Shown: positions 34,886-45,010, numbered from the stretch's first letter. The stretch is 64,000 bases of DNA from a virus (IMGVR_UViG_3300031992_000008:1-64000), one strand, 5' to 3'. Notes: generated from the sequence alone by a model not told the origin. A program made the numbers and translations.

Positions 34886-35615
34886 AGTCAATGTCAGGAA
34901 CCAAGGATACTGGCAGAAGATCCGAATCTGTGACGGTATCAGACTTTATGCCAGCACCAATCAAGAATGTATCAAAAGTATTCAATGCAACTTTCTCGAA
35001 CACTGAAGATCCTTCCAAGACATCCTTGAGGTTTACATAACCGTCAGTCTGGATCTTCTCATACATAACTCTCTTGGCACCCATGTTGTCGCTTCGTGCT
35101 CCCATGAGCTCCTGAAGAGTAGCATCGTTCTGCTGAAGGATCAATGCATAGGATTCAACGTCGGAGTTTCTTGCAACCTTAGAATCAGAAGTCACAGTAC
35201 CAGTGAGCTGGTTTCTCTTATCAATGTCAAGGGTCACACCAGACTTATGAGTAACAACTTGTTCAAGTCTCTTGATGGAAAGATACAATACTGGAACTCT
35301 GGTAGCAGTTCTAATGAAGTCTCCATTGCTGTTCTTCTGGTCTCTGTAGTAGACGTATTCCTCCATAGGAATATTTAGAATCTTCAGAGCCTTTTCAATC
35401 TGACCGAAGTCCGGTTCATTCTTGAACGGAAGAACTTCAAGTCTAAAATAAGCGTCCTTATCGGCAAGGAACTTGTTCATCCAAGAATTAAACTGAGCAT
35501 CACTCATTTTATTAAACATGGTTCTATACTTTTCAGTATTCTCACCAGATTTGTCTAGAGTGCTCATCACGCTATAAACAAGGTCTTCTACTTTCTTTCT
35601 TTTTCCAGTACTCAT
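34884..35615 (-). CDS. hypothetical protein (243 aa)
   Basis: AAAGGAG SD before internal ATG 35615; divergent from terminase gene. Confidence 0.6.
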   Translation of the reverse strand: MSTGKRKKVEDLVYSVMSTLDKSGENTEKYRTMFNKMSDAQFNSWMNKFLADKDAYFRLEVLPFKNEPDFGQIEKALKILNIPMEEYVYYRDQKNSNGDFIRTATRVPVLYLSIKRLEQVVTHKSGVTLDIDKRNQLTGTVTSDSKVARNSDVESYALILQQNDATLQELMGARSDNMGAKRVMYEKIQTDGYVNLKDVLEGSSVFEKVALNTFDTFLIGAGIKSDTVTDSDLLPVSLVPDID

Positions 35616-35677
35616 AAGGAAACTCCTTTCTATTATTGAGTTCATAGCCGAACTAGTTATTGAACTAAGGAGCAATT

Positions 35678-37648
35678 ATGAACTTGAAACTTTCCGAAAT
35701 GGTAGCCCGAAAAGTTTCATATCAATTAACTAAAAATACTAGCTTCCTTAAGATACACCAATTCCTTAAGGAAAAAGGAATCAAGAACAATAAGTTCTTT
35801 CTAGCATTATATGATAAAGATCTAGAGAATATAGACCCTAGGGCTGCTAACCTTCCTAAAAAAATTAAAGCTAAGATTATTACAGAATGCAGAGTGAATC
35901 CTTGGTACTTCTTCAGAGAAGTCGTAAGAATCCCTGTGCCGGGTGGTGACATCCCCTACGAACTCCACCGTGGTAACTTAGCTCTGAACTACCTGTCGTT
36001 GAACAATATCGATACCATTGTCTTAATGCCTCGTCAGCATGGTAAGACTATTGGCGCTGTGGTATTGTTCGTATGGCTTTTCTTTTTTGGTACTAAGAAT
36101 ACTACTGTAACCTTTATGAACAAGAAGTATTCTGATGCTCAGGTTAACCTCAAGAGATTCAAGAATATTGTTGAATTGCTACCCAAGTGGATGGTCGAAG
36201 CTAGAAGCCCGAGAGAAGACCAAGAATCTTCTACGACTTTCTCAAGAATGACCAGATTGAAGAATGTTATCACGGCTATGCCAGCTGCTACCTCTCCTGA
36301 AGATGCTGATAAGCTTGGTCGTGGTCTTACGATGCCTTGTTGGTACTTTGACGAAATTGCGTTCGCCAAGTATAATGAAATCATCTATACGGCTGCTGCT
36401 CCGGCTGTGTCTCAGGCTGCTATCGAAGCTGAAAAGACTGGTGTGCCTCACTTCAAGCTGTTCACTACAACGCCTAACTCTATCGACGTAGATGAAGGTG
36501 GATGGTGCAAACATGAAGTCATTGAAGCTGCTTGCGAATTTGATGAAGAGATGTACGATGTTCCTTCCAATCTTCTCAGACAATATGTCTATGATAGATC
36601 CACCAATAACTTTGTGCATATCGAATTTACTTGGAAGGAACTTGGAAGAGATGAGAAGTGGTATGAACAACAGTGTAGAGACCTTCAGTACAATAGACAG
36701 AGAATCAAGCGTGAAGTTGACCTTGAATGGACTCTTTCGGCTGATAAGTCTCCATTCTCTGAAGAAGAACTTGAAAGAGTATCGCATTTCGTTATCCCCA
36801 AGGAAAAGGAATATACCCTTAGAATTGGTGATAGCGGAAACCATAAGCTTACCGTGTTAGAGAATGTAGACTTCTTTAAACCAGTAATACTTGCAGTTGA
36901 CGTTGGCGGTGGACAGGGATCTGACTTCTCTGTTGTCCACATGCTTGATATCGACGATTTCCACGAAATAGGTTATTTTGCTTCTAATAGAATTAACCCA
37001 ATCCCGTTCGCAAGGATTATTATAAGTATAGTGAGGAATCTGTTCTCTAACTCTGTTCTCATAGTGGAAAGAAACAGCTATGGCCTTGATGTCATAACTA
37101 CGCTACTTGAGAATGACTTTACTAGAAACAAGGTATTCTATCGTACTATCAATAATCCGATTCCGAACCAAGGTAACAAGATTCAAAGGGTATATGGTAT
37201 CGATACTACTTCTGGCTCTAGAGATATCATGATCTCTAATTGCTTCATGTATGTAGCTGACGAGCCTCACCTATTTAGATGCAGACATACTTATAATGAA
37301 CTCAAGACTATCGAAAGAAAGAATAACGGCAAGGTAGAACATGCTCAAGGAGCACACGATGACTTCTTGATGTCGTATCTAATCGGTCGTTATGGAGCTT
37401 CATTTGAGAGCTTTAAGATGTTCAAGAGAAGAGTATGTGCTTCGTCTCTTAGGGAACGTAAGGATGTAGCTAGATCGGAAGAGAAAAATACTGTGGTCAT
37501 AGAAACGACTAGAAGTATTGAAGACTACCTTGATAGGGGTGACTCTAAAATGAGGAGAGTCTTTTCTCTCAATTTCGATAATAAGCCGAACTTATCAATG
37601 AAAACTGCAAAACAAGGATTTGACATATGGGGAAATACCAAGACATAG
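35678..37648 (+). CDS. terL: terminase large subunit
   Basis: Walker A LMPRQHGKT, Walker B CWYFDEIAF, RNaseH-like nuclease Asp block AVDVGGGQGSDFSVVHMLD; AAGGAG SD. Confidence 0.85.
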   Translation: MNLKLSEMVARKVSYQLTKNTSFLKIHQFLKEKGIKNNKFFLALYDKDLENIDPRAANLPKKIKAKIITECRVNPWYFFREVVRIPVPGGDIPYELHRGNLALNYLSLNNIDTIVLMPRQHGKTIGAVVLFVWLFFFGTKNTTVTFMNKKYSDAQVNLKRFKNIVELLPKWMVEARSPREDQESSTTFSRMTRLKNVITAMPAATSPEDADKLGRGLTMPCWYFDEIAFAKYNEIIYTAAAPAVSQAAIEAEKTGVPHFKLFTTTPNSIDVDEGGWCKHEVIEAACEFDEEMYDVPSNLLRQYVYDRSTNNFVHIEFTWKELGRDEKWYEQQCRDLQYNRQRIKREVDLEWTLSADKSPFSEEELERVSHFVIPKEKEYTLRIGDSGNHKLTVLENVDFFKPVILAVDVGGGQGSDFSVVHMLDIDDFHEIGYFASNRINPIPFARIIISIVRNLFSNSVLIVERNSYGLDVITTLLENDFTRNKVFYRTINNPIPNQGNKIQRVYGIDTTSGSRDIMISNCFMYVADEPHLFRCRHTYNELKTIERKNNGKVEHAQGAHDDFLMSYLIGRYGASFESFKMFKRRVCASSLRERKDVARSEEKNTVVIETTRSIEDYLDRGDSKMRRVFSLNFDNKPNLSMKTAKQGFDIWGNTKT

Positions 37649-38445
37649 ATTCCGACGTGGAAGACTTGGAATTTGGCTCAGCTAATTCCGAATTTAGACT
37701 GGATGACCCTGTTCTAGCTCTAGAAGAAAGACTGCTTCAACAGATGGATAATCTTAGAATCATTCCGACTGAAACTCAGGAAAATGTGTTCACAGGATTT
37801 ACTAATTCTATCATGGCTTTGAGAGAAGCTGCTAGACAGAAAGGTAATACTGACAAGGCTAATTTCTTGACGGAATATCTGTATGATATTCGCATGAGAA
37901 TGCTTACCAAGTTCAAGGACTTTATTGGAATTGAGGCTAATGGTAATACATTCGGAAGCGTTGAAGGCGGTGGGGCAGACTTCGCTGATCTGGTTCAAGC
38001 CTTCTACCTTTTCCTGATTATCTACAGAAAGGAAAATCTCACTAATTATATTACGAAAACCATTCTGAACCATAAGAAGGAATTTCTTGCTACATATAAG
38101 AGCAGATCTTCTAGAAAGAATATTGGGGCTCAGAAGAAGTATAATTCCGTGAGCGATGCCTCGATCCTGGTGATCCTCGATTGTCTCGAAGATATTATTA
38201 ATGATGTGCTTGAAGGCACTGTGGCCTCCGAAGACTTCTATAAAGAATTTCAGGTGATGTGCGCTGATAACGAAGAAGAATGGCAGAATGCTGTTCTGCT
38301 CGATGCACTGGAACTTCCGGTTCTGCCTAAAGCCTTTGATTCTTTAATCAAGTCTCTGAATGACCCTATTAATGCTGAAACAAAGCATCTCATCACACTC
38401 AATGTATATCAACAATTAAGCGAAACTGCTTTCAAAAATCAATAG
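37627..38445 (+). CDS. hypothetical protein (272 aa)
   Basis: AAGGA SD; 22-nt overlap with terL. Confidence 0.6.
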   Translation: MGKYQDIDSDVEDLEFGSANSEFRLDDPVLALEERLLQQMDNLRIIPTETQENVFTGFTNSIMALREAARQKGNTDKANFLTEYLYDIRMRMLTKFKDFIGIEANGNTFGSVEGGGADFADLVQAFYLFLIIYRKENLTNYITKTILNHKKEFLATYKSRSSRKNIGAQKKYNSVSDASILVILDCLEDIINDVLEGTVASEDFYKEFQVMCADNEEEWQNAVLLDALELPVLPKAFDSLIKSLNDPINAETKHLITLNVYQQLSETAFKNQ

Positions 38446-38453
38446 GAGAAGCT

Positions 38454-39332
38454 ATGGAAGCTCTGAATGAAGAAACTAAGGATCTCAACACTGCTTTGAA
38501 AGAGGCTGAGAAGAATGTAAATGAAGTGTCAGCCAAGCTTGACGAAATTGCCGAAGACAATGAAAAGCTTCGTTCGGAAATGAGCGAAGATGAACTTAAG
38601 GCTTTCGACAAAGCTAAGGAAATGCTTGAAGCTGAAACCAGTGATGACGAAAAGGCTCAGCTCGCTACTATGCGTGATGCAGCAGCTGTCGCACTCGTCG
38701 GTAGCACTATTCGCCAGTTCAATTTGATCCATAAGATCTCTCGTGCATTCGTCAATGTGGATGCAGTGAAGGGTCTTAACAACTTCATGCGTGAACAGAT
38801 GAAGAACTGCAAGCTCAGCGGAAAGGCTAGAGCTGCTAAGAAGCGCAAGCTTGAAATTGAATATCGTGTTCTGCGTAACGGTCATAAGCAGTTCCAAGAA
38901 GGTGTCAACCTTAAAAATTTCAACTTCATCTTCTTCAATGGCTTTAAGCCCTGCCAGAATGATCAGGAATTTAAGGAAGCCACTAAGAAGGCTATCGAAG
39001 AACTCAAGAAGATTTCCGGTAAGCAGAATATTGAATCTCTCTTGCTCAATCTTCGTTACTGTGTAAAGTTCCCGATGAACTCTCTCTATGGCTATTTTGC
39101 AATGGCTATGGTGAAGTACTGTTCTAAGATCGGTGGCTTTGACTCTAAACAGTTCATTAAGAGCATCGTTCGTAACCTTACTACGATTGCTATTGTGGCT
39201 GTCGCAAACAAAGGTCTCGGTGAAGAAGAAATTGCTAAGCTTGACTTGTCTGTCATCGAAGCATTTGCAGCTGGTGTTGAAGCCTTCGATACGAAACTTT
39301 CTGAATTCATTTCGGAAAAGAAAGAAGGATAA
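38454..39332 (+). CDS. hypothetical coiled-coil protein (292 aa) carrying a PolB motif-B-like nonapeptide KFPMNSLYG
   Basis: AGGAG SD; GC3-richer codons; no motif C. Confidence 0.65.
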   Translation: MEALNEETKDLNTALKEAEKNVNEVSAKLDEIAEDNEKLRSEMSEDELKAFDKAKEMLEAETSDDEKAQLATMRDAAAVALVGSTIRQFNLIHKISRAFVNVDAVKGLNNFMREQMKNCKLSGKARAAKKRKLEIEYRVLRNGHKQFQEGVNLKNFNFIFFNGFKPCQNDQEFKEATKKAIEELKKISGKQNIESLLLNLRYCVKFPMNSLYGYFAMAMVKYCSKIGGFDSKQFIKSIVRNLTTIAIVAVANKGLGEEEIAKLDLSVIEAFAAGVEAFDTKLSEFISEKKEG

Positions 39333-39361
39333 AACTTCATTATTGAATAAAGAGGATCACT

Positions 39362-40093
39362 ATGGCTTTACCGTTTCTAAAAAAAGTTGAGAATGACTAC
39401 ATTCTTACAGCTGCAAAGGCTGTAGTATATGTACCTGCATACTTCTTTGATAATGAGAAGATTGCTACTACTGAAGGCGACGTGTTGAAGACCATAGGAT
39501 TCATCTTTGTCGAGGTTTACAAGACTGCAACCTCTAAACCTGACCTTTATCAAATTGACTGCCCAGTAAGAATCTCTATTCCGTTCTCTGAATCTAAAAA
39601 GGAAAAGAAAACCTTTAAGAGTGCTAGAGACGAAGATGAATACATGGCATTTACCATCGAAGGTAATTCCATTATGATTCAAGAGGCTCTGAATGTGCAG
39701 AATGGTAAGAATAGTGAATTATTCATGAACTTCTTGCTTGGTGGTAAGCTTCCTGAGAACTTGAAGTATTCTGATATTGCGCACTTCTTGAAAGAAGTTT
39801 CCGCTATGAATGGTACGTCTCTAGGAGTACCCATGTCGGTTGTTGAAGCAATGGTAGGCGAAATGTGCCGAAGTGCTAAAGATATTTATACACCTTACCG
39901 TAAAATAGCTGGAAAGAATGGCGACGAGTCTGGTTATATGAATATCCGAATTCAAGAACTGCCAAGAGTTACTTCGACTTTTTCTGGGATTGCATTTGAA
40001 GATGTTACTTCAGCCGTATCCGTTGGATGCGTTGCTGGTAAGAAGGGCATCAAAGATAATGAAACTCCTTTCGAAAAAGTCATCCACTGTTAA
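39362..40093 (+). CDS. hypothetical protein (243 aa)
   Basis: AGAGGA SD; bidirectional terminator downstream. Confidence 0.6.
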   Translation: MALPFLKKVENDYILTAAKAVVYVPAYFFDNEKIATTEGDVLKTIGFIFVEVYKTATSKPDLYQIDCPVRISIPFSESKKEKKTFKSARDEDEYMAFTIEGNSIMIQEALNVQNGKNSELFMNFLLGGKLPENLKYSDIAHFLKEVSAMNGTSLGVPMSVVEAMVGEMCRSAKDIYTPYRKIAGKNGDESGYMNIRIQELPRVTSTFSGIAFEDVTSAVSVGCVAGKKGIKDNETPFEKVIHC

Positions 40094-40139
40094 AAAAAAA
40101 ACGTGGCTCCTTAGCTGGAGTCACGTCTTATTTTTTTTG
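40092..40139. terminator. bidirectional terminator
   Basis: A10, hairpin acgtggctcc ttagc tggagtcacgt, then T8. Confidence 0.7.
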
Positions 40140-40142
40140 TCG

Positions 40143-40349
40143 TTAGCAGAAAAACTGCATAACGACCGGGATTATTTCTGCTGTCTTTTCTGCCACAGGT
40201 TCTGCCACAGGCTGCAGCAGATGCAGAATCTGGAAGACTGCATAAGCAATTATACCCAACAGAATGATGATCGGCAGCAATGCTGTTGCAATTGCTCCAA
40301 CGAAGATGACCAACATGAAGATCAATCCGGCGATGATAACGTAAAACAT
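40143..40349 (-). CDS. small membrane protein (68 aa)
   Basis: TAAGGAG SD before internal ATG 40349; two TM helices. Confidence 0.5.
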   Translation of the reverse strand: MFYVIIAGLIFMLVIFVGAIATALLPIIILLGIIAYAVFQILHLLQPVAEPVAEKTAEIIPVVMQFFC

Positions 40350-40366
40350 GATAGGCTCCTTATAAG

Positions 40367-40555
40367 TCAGCCGATTGTTTGAATTGCTGCTGCTAGTATT
40401 CCGGCTATAAATGCCAACAACAGTTGTCTTCTCATTGTTACTACGCCGTACAGAAGACATAATACGACGATGGGTAGTAGTATGATTATCATAATATACC
40501 TCATCTTATAATATGAGGCCATGACACAAAATTTTACGGATCTTAGAAATCTCAT
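40367..40555 (-). CDS. small membrane protein (up to 62 aa; start uncertain)
   Basis: Hydrophobic ORF ending 17 nt before the SD of the next small TM gene. Confidence 0.3.
   Translation of the reverse strand: MRFLRSVKFCVMASYYKMRYIMIIILLPIVVLCLLYGVVTMRRQLLLAFIAGILAAAIQTIG
40527..40538 (+). promoter_or_regulatory. class-2 promoter element AAAATTTTACGG
   Basis: Same element at 51014 and 59288; about 130 nt upstream of giant structural gene. Confidence 0.4.
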
Positions 40556-40668
40556 TCTACAAATCTCGAAACTCTAAAATTTGGCAATCCTTGCAGGAAC
40601 TCTAAAATGAGCATCGATATTTCATAAATGTCTATGAATATTAACTTTAGCATACAAGGAGGCCAATA

Positions 40669-43600
40669 ATGGCTGCAGATTCTCTACCGAAATATATGCA
40701 CCCGCATTCGAGTGCACGTATTATCGATAATGCCGTTCTGACTGTCTCGTCTAGCGGCTTGACCAATATGTTCATTGCCCTTGAAGCTGAAAAAGGTATG
40801 CCGAATGAAGCCACCTATATCACTACCCAGAGTGAGTGGATTTTCAACTTTGGCGAACCCAACTACAGCAAGTATGGACAAGGAGCATTGAACGCTCTTA
40901 ACTACATCAACGCAGGTGGTGGTGCATGGGTGATCCGTGTTGTGCCTGATGATGAAAGATTCGCTTCGCTCTCTCTTGGCATCGGCTATCGTGCAAACCA
41001 GCCCTTTACCAATGATGAAGAGAAGTACAGACGTCTTGAAATGACTTCTGAACAGATTAAGTTGTGGAATGCTGCCCAGACTGATGATACCCTCAAGTAT
41101 GCAATCGATAAGAAGTCTGGCAACTTTGCTATTCTTCCGTTGTTCTACATCGAAGAAAATGGCAACATCAACGCTGCTTTGAAGCTCCAGACTCTTGACG
41201 AAATTGAATCTTACAAGCTCAAGAACACTGATGCTAGCAAGACCATCAATGCCGTTGCTAAGAAGAATGTGATTACCTATTCTAATCCGTTCATCGAAGT
41301 CTCCGGTGTCTTTGATCCTGAAAACGAAGAACTGAGATTCCTCGCAGACAGAGCTTATACCGAATTCGTTGAAGGTCAGGAAATCGGTGGTATTGAATTC
41401 GGCAATGTTGCTGAAGAAAACTGCAAGGCCTATATCCGTATCGATAAGTACTTTGCTACTGATGCAAATGATGACACGATCAAGGATAAGACTGGCAGTG
41501 TCAAGACTTTTGACTACTATGATGCCGCTTACAAGGCTGCTCAGTCCAGCAATCAGAATGCTGAAGAAAGCGATGGTTCTGGTGAATTCGATCCGGCTGA
41601 TCATGTGTTTGCGTTCTCTGGTACGATCCGTATCTATTCCGAAGCTGCCGATGGACAGCCGTTTGGCGAAGTGATCTATGATGTGCTCGCAGCTATTTTC
41701 GGTACCGATGCACAGACCGTAACAAAGGGTAAGGCAGAATTCAATACTGAACTCAATGGCGACGCTAGCTTCTCTGATGATATTCAGAAGGGTAAGAAGC
41801 ATACTGCTAAGTGGCTTCAGGAAAACCGTAATGAATACTCCAACGCTAGAACTGTCTACAAGAAAGTCAAGCCTAGCGAATTCTTCGGTAGCGCCAATAC
41901 GATCGTTAATACCAAGATTCTTCTGAATATTGGTACTCCCGATTCTCAGACTTGGGATTACTCCTTCGAAGTTTACAAGGAAAGTCTGCCCGGTCAGTAC
42001 ATTCCTGTCGCATCTTCTCTCATTGACAACAGCACTGCCTTTACGGAAGTAGAGCTCACTGAATGGAATGCCCTGCATGGTACATTCTATAAGCTCGGCG
42101 GTAAGGCTGATCCTGAAAGCGATTTTGAAGATGTCGTTGACAGCACTCAGCAGAAGATTGTTAACAAAGAACCGTCTACGGGTGCTACCAAGAACTCCAC
42201 GCTTTACTATGTGAAGTATGTGACGACTGGTGAACCTGTCTACTCGACCTCTATTACTGAATCTGAAGCTTACAGATTCAACAGAGTTAAGGCTACATCT
42301 GAAGATGAAACCGTGACCTTGTCTACTCCGGCTGAATTCCCGGCTTCTGCTATGAACACCAAGTATGCAAGCCTCTTGAATACTAAGGTGTCCTTCAGCT
42401 CCGATGTTTCTAAGGAAGGTCACTGGGAAGCTACTGTTCCTGAAGGCGCTACCCTGACGGATGCAGTTGACTTCATCAACTTCTTCTTCAGCGCTCCTTC
42501 GATGATTGAAACTAAGGACAACTCTAACGCTGGTGAATTCCTCGTTAACGTTTCCTTCAGCGAAAATGCTTACATCGGTGAAAGCGAATATGTGTCTATC
42601 AAGGGTACTGCTCTTGGAAACCTCTTCAAGCGTGCTGACGATGGTGCTATTCAGGACAATAACAATGAAAATGTGACGGATGATACCAATGAAGGTATCT
42701 CTGGTACTTCTACTGGCGAATCTGACGAACCGAAGTACATTCTTCGTACTGACATCAAGCCGTCCGAAGTTCCTAGCACTGTTGCTAAGTTCATTGTCAA
42801 CGGTAGCTTCCAGCCTGTCGAAATCGACAACATTCCGGCATCTGCTCTTCTCTGCTTGCTTGCTGATAAGACCAACAGAGAAAATGGTACTGCTGAACTC
42901 AAGACCGATCTTGGCGAAAATTTCGAATTCGAATATGCCAATACTTGTGTCTTGCTGGCTGGAATCGATTCTGTTGCTGGTTTCAATGGCACGATTACGC
43001 TTGCTTTTGTTTCTGACTCTATCGAAAACTTGGCTATCAAGGCTTATGACGAAGCTGTTAGCGGTGGTGAAACCTCCATTACGGCTACTCAGATCCCCGG
43101 TGAAAAGGTTCCGTACGTCAGATACTCTGACAACTTTGATGGTTCTATCTTTGAACCTAACTATGACTACATTGAACGTATCTATGATACCGTTGGTCTC
43201 GTGACTACGACTTACACGGCCTTCGATTATCCTGAAAATGCCAACTACTTCCCGTACAATATCCAAGATGGTGTAAAGGTGAAGACCCCGGAAATCTGGG
43301 CTGGCATTGAAAGTGCTAAGGAAGGCTACTCTGTCGCTGCTGCTAGAGACGAAATCAAGGATGTTGATCTTCAGGATCTCAAGCTCGATAAGACTTGCTT
43401 TGCTGAATTCTGCCGCTTCTTGCCCAAGGGCTCTGGTAAGTGGTACAACAGACTCGGTGTGTCGCTCTCCTACGATGACAACTTCGACGGTACCTATCCT
43501 GATTGGAGTATGTTCAAGCTCACTGTGTTCGAAAGAAGTAACGGTGAAGAGATCTCTCGTGAACAGTTCGCTGTCTCGTTGGATCCTGATGCTGTGTCCG

Positions 43601-44937
43601 CTACTAAGGAAAGTCTCTTCATTGAAGACGTCGTTAACACCTACTCGTCTTACCTGACTTGTGTGGTGAACTATGATAACCTCCGCAACTTCATTGAAAC
43701 GAAGTTTGCTGTGGTTGACGACAACAACAAGCCCGTCAAGGATGAAGATGACAATGAAATCTTCGTTAGCGTTGATACCGTCATCAAGTACATCTTCGGA
43801 CGCATCGATCTCGATGATTTCAATAAGAGAACGTTCGGCGATGACTATCAGGTTAACACCCTCAGCAAGTATGCATTTACTTCGTTGATGAGCGTTAACG
43901 GCGTGGATGAAGATGGCTGTGCCTTCGACACCTCTCGCTACAACAGTGATAGTCTCTATGAATACACTGAACCCTTCAATTCGTTCTGGTTCTTCACGAC
44001 TGTTTCCTCTGCTGCTTCGCTCTACTTGGGCGGTGGCTCCTATGGTAACGGTTGGGGCTATGAATACGAAGACGAAGAGGGTAATCCGCAGCATACTAGC
44101 ACGCTGACTCAGGCTCTCGTAAGAGCATACAGTGGTGTAACTGATCCGTTCATCACTAACACGAACCTCTGTGAATTCGACCTCATGTTCGATGCTAACT
44201 ACGAAACTGACGTTCGTACTGCTATGACGAAGCTGGCCTCTGAAACTCGTCAGGACTGTATCGCACTCCTTGACCAAGGCTTGTCTATCGCCAATGCTAC
44301 ACAGGCTATCGATAAGAGAAAGAACGAAGAAAACTTCGACACCTTCTATGCTTCCATCTTTACGCAGCATCTTGTTGTGAACGATGTGTGGTCTGGTAAG
44401 GTCATCAAGGTTACTCCGACATTCTTCCTTGCTTCGAAGATTCCTGCTAACGATACTGCTAACGGCAAGACTATGAACTTCGTTGGCCCCCGTCGTGGTA
44501 CTATCGGTGGATTCCGTTCTATTTCGTTCATGCCTACAGCTTACGAAATGAGCGAACTCTACAAGGCTCAGGTGAACTACATCGAACGTGACGCTCTTGG
44601 TGTGTTCTTTGCTACTGAACTCACGTCTCAGACTAAGAATACTCCGTTGACCCTTATCCATGCTGTTCGCGCTATCTTGGCTCTGAAGAGAGACTTCCTC
44701 AAGATCAGCCGTAACTACCGTAGCGAATATGCTACTGGTGCTGTTCAGGCTAACTTGCTGGGCGAACTCAACGCTTGTGCTGCCGAATACATCCTTCAGG
44801 GTGCGTTCAAGTACATCACGCCTAAGATTGCCTCTACGGACTACGATGTCCAGCAGAGAATCTGCCGCATTGATGTGTCTGTGGCCTTCGTTGACATCAT
44901 GGAAAGATTCGTCTTCTCCTTCGTTGTTGAACGCTAA
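40669..44937 (+). CDS. giant acidic virion structural protein (1422 aa), likely tail-associated
   Basis: Strong AAGGAGG SD; class-2 promoter element upstream; terminator downstream; followed by baseplate spike gene. Confidence 0.8.
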   Translation: MAADSLPKYMHPHSSARIIDNAVLTVSSSGLTNMFIALEAEKGMPNEATYITTQSEWIFNFGEPNYSKYGQGALNALNYINAGGGAWVIRVVPDDERFASLSLGIGYRANQPFTNDEEKYRRLEMTSEQIKLWNAAQTDDTLKYAIDKKSGNFAILPLFYIEENGNINAALKLQTLDEIESYKLKNTDASKTINAVAKKNVITYSNPFIEVSGVFDPENEELRFLADRAYTEFVEGQEIGGIEFGNVAEENCKAYIRIDKYFATDANDDTIKDKTGSVKTFDYYDAAYKAAQSSNQNAEESDGSGEFDPADHVFAFSGTIRIYSEAADGQPFGEVIYDVLAAIFGTDAQTVTKGKAEFNTELNGDASFSDDIQKGKKHTAKWLQENRNEYSNARTVYKKVKPSEFFGSANTIVNTKILLNIGTPDSQTWDYSFEVYKESLPGQYIPVASSLIDNSTAFTEVELTEWNALHGTFYKLGGKADPESDFEDVVDSTQQKIVNKEPSTGATKNSTLYYVKYVTTGEPVYSTSITESEAYRFNRVKATSEDETVTLSTPAEFPASAMNTKYASLLNTKVSFSSDVSKEGHWEATVPEGATLTDAVDFINFFFSAPSMIETKDNSNAGEFLVNVSFSENAYIGESEYVSIKGTALGNLFKRADDGAIQDNNNENVTDDTNEGISGTSTGESDEPKYILRTDIKPSEVPSTVAKFIVNGSFQPVEIDNIPASALLCLLADKTNRENGTAELKTDLGENFEFEYANTCVLLAGIDSVAGFNGTITLAFVSDSIENLAIKAYDEAVSGGETSITATQIPGEKVPYVRYSDNFDGSIFEPNYDYIERIYDTVGLVTTTYTAFDYPENANYFPYNIQDGVKVKTPEIWAGIESAKEGYSVAAARDEIKDVDLQDLKLDKTCFAEFCRFLPKGSGKWYNRLGVSLSYDDNFDGTYPDWSMFKLTVFERSNGEEISREQFAVSLDPDAVSATKESLFIEDVVNTYSSYLTCVVNYDNLRNFIETKFAVVDDNNKPVKDEDDNEIFVSVDTVIKYIFGRIDLDDFNKRTFGDDYQVNTLSKYAFTSLMSVNGVDEDGCAFDTSRYNSDSLYEYTEPFNSFWFFTTVSSAASLYLGGGSYGNGWGYEYEDEEGNPQHTSTLTQALVRAYSGVTDPFITNTNLCEFDLMFDANYETDVRTAMTKLASETRQDCIALLDQGLSIANATQAIDKRKNEENFDTFYASIFTQHLVVNDVWSGKVIKVTPTFFLASKIPANDTANGKTMNFVGPRRGTIGGFRSISFMPTAYEMSELYKAQVNYIERDALGVFFATELTSQTKNTPLTLIHAVRAILALKRDFLKISRNYRSEYATGAVQANLLGELNACAAEYILQGAFKYITPKIASTDYDVQQRICRIDVSVAFVDIMERFVFSFVVER

Positions 44938-44945
44938 AGTAAATA

Positions 44946-44984
44946 GAATTCCTGTATCCAAAAGATACAGGAATTTTATATTTT
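44946..44984 (+). terminator. intrinsic terminator after giant structural gene
   Basis: aattcctgtatc caaaa gatacaggaatt then TTATATTTT. Confidence 0.65.
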
Positions 44985-45010
44985 GAACTTTCAAATAGTA
45001 AGGAGTTACT

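Noticed and set aside
40684-44994. 1436-aa ORF on the minus strand spanning the whole giant structural gene
   Set aside because: Antisense shadow of the GC3-rich plus-strand gene. Its translation is Ser/Arg/Leu-rich and low-complexity. There is no SD. The plus-strand gene has a strong AAGGAGG SD, a promoter element, a terminator and plausible composition.
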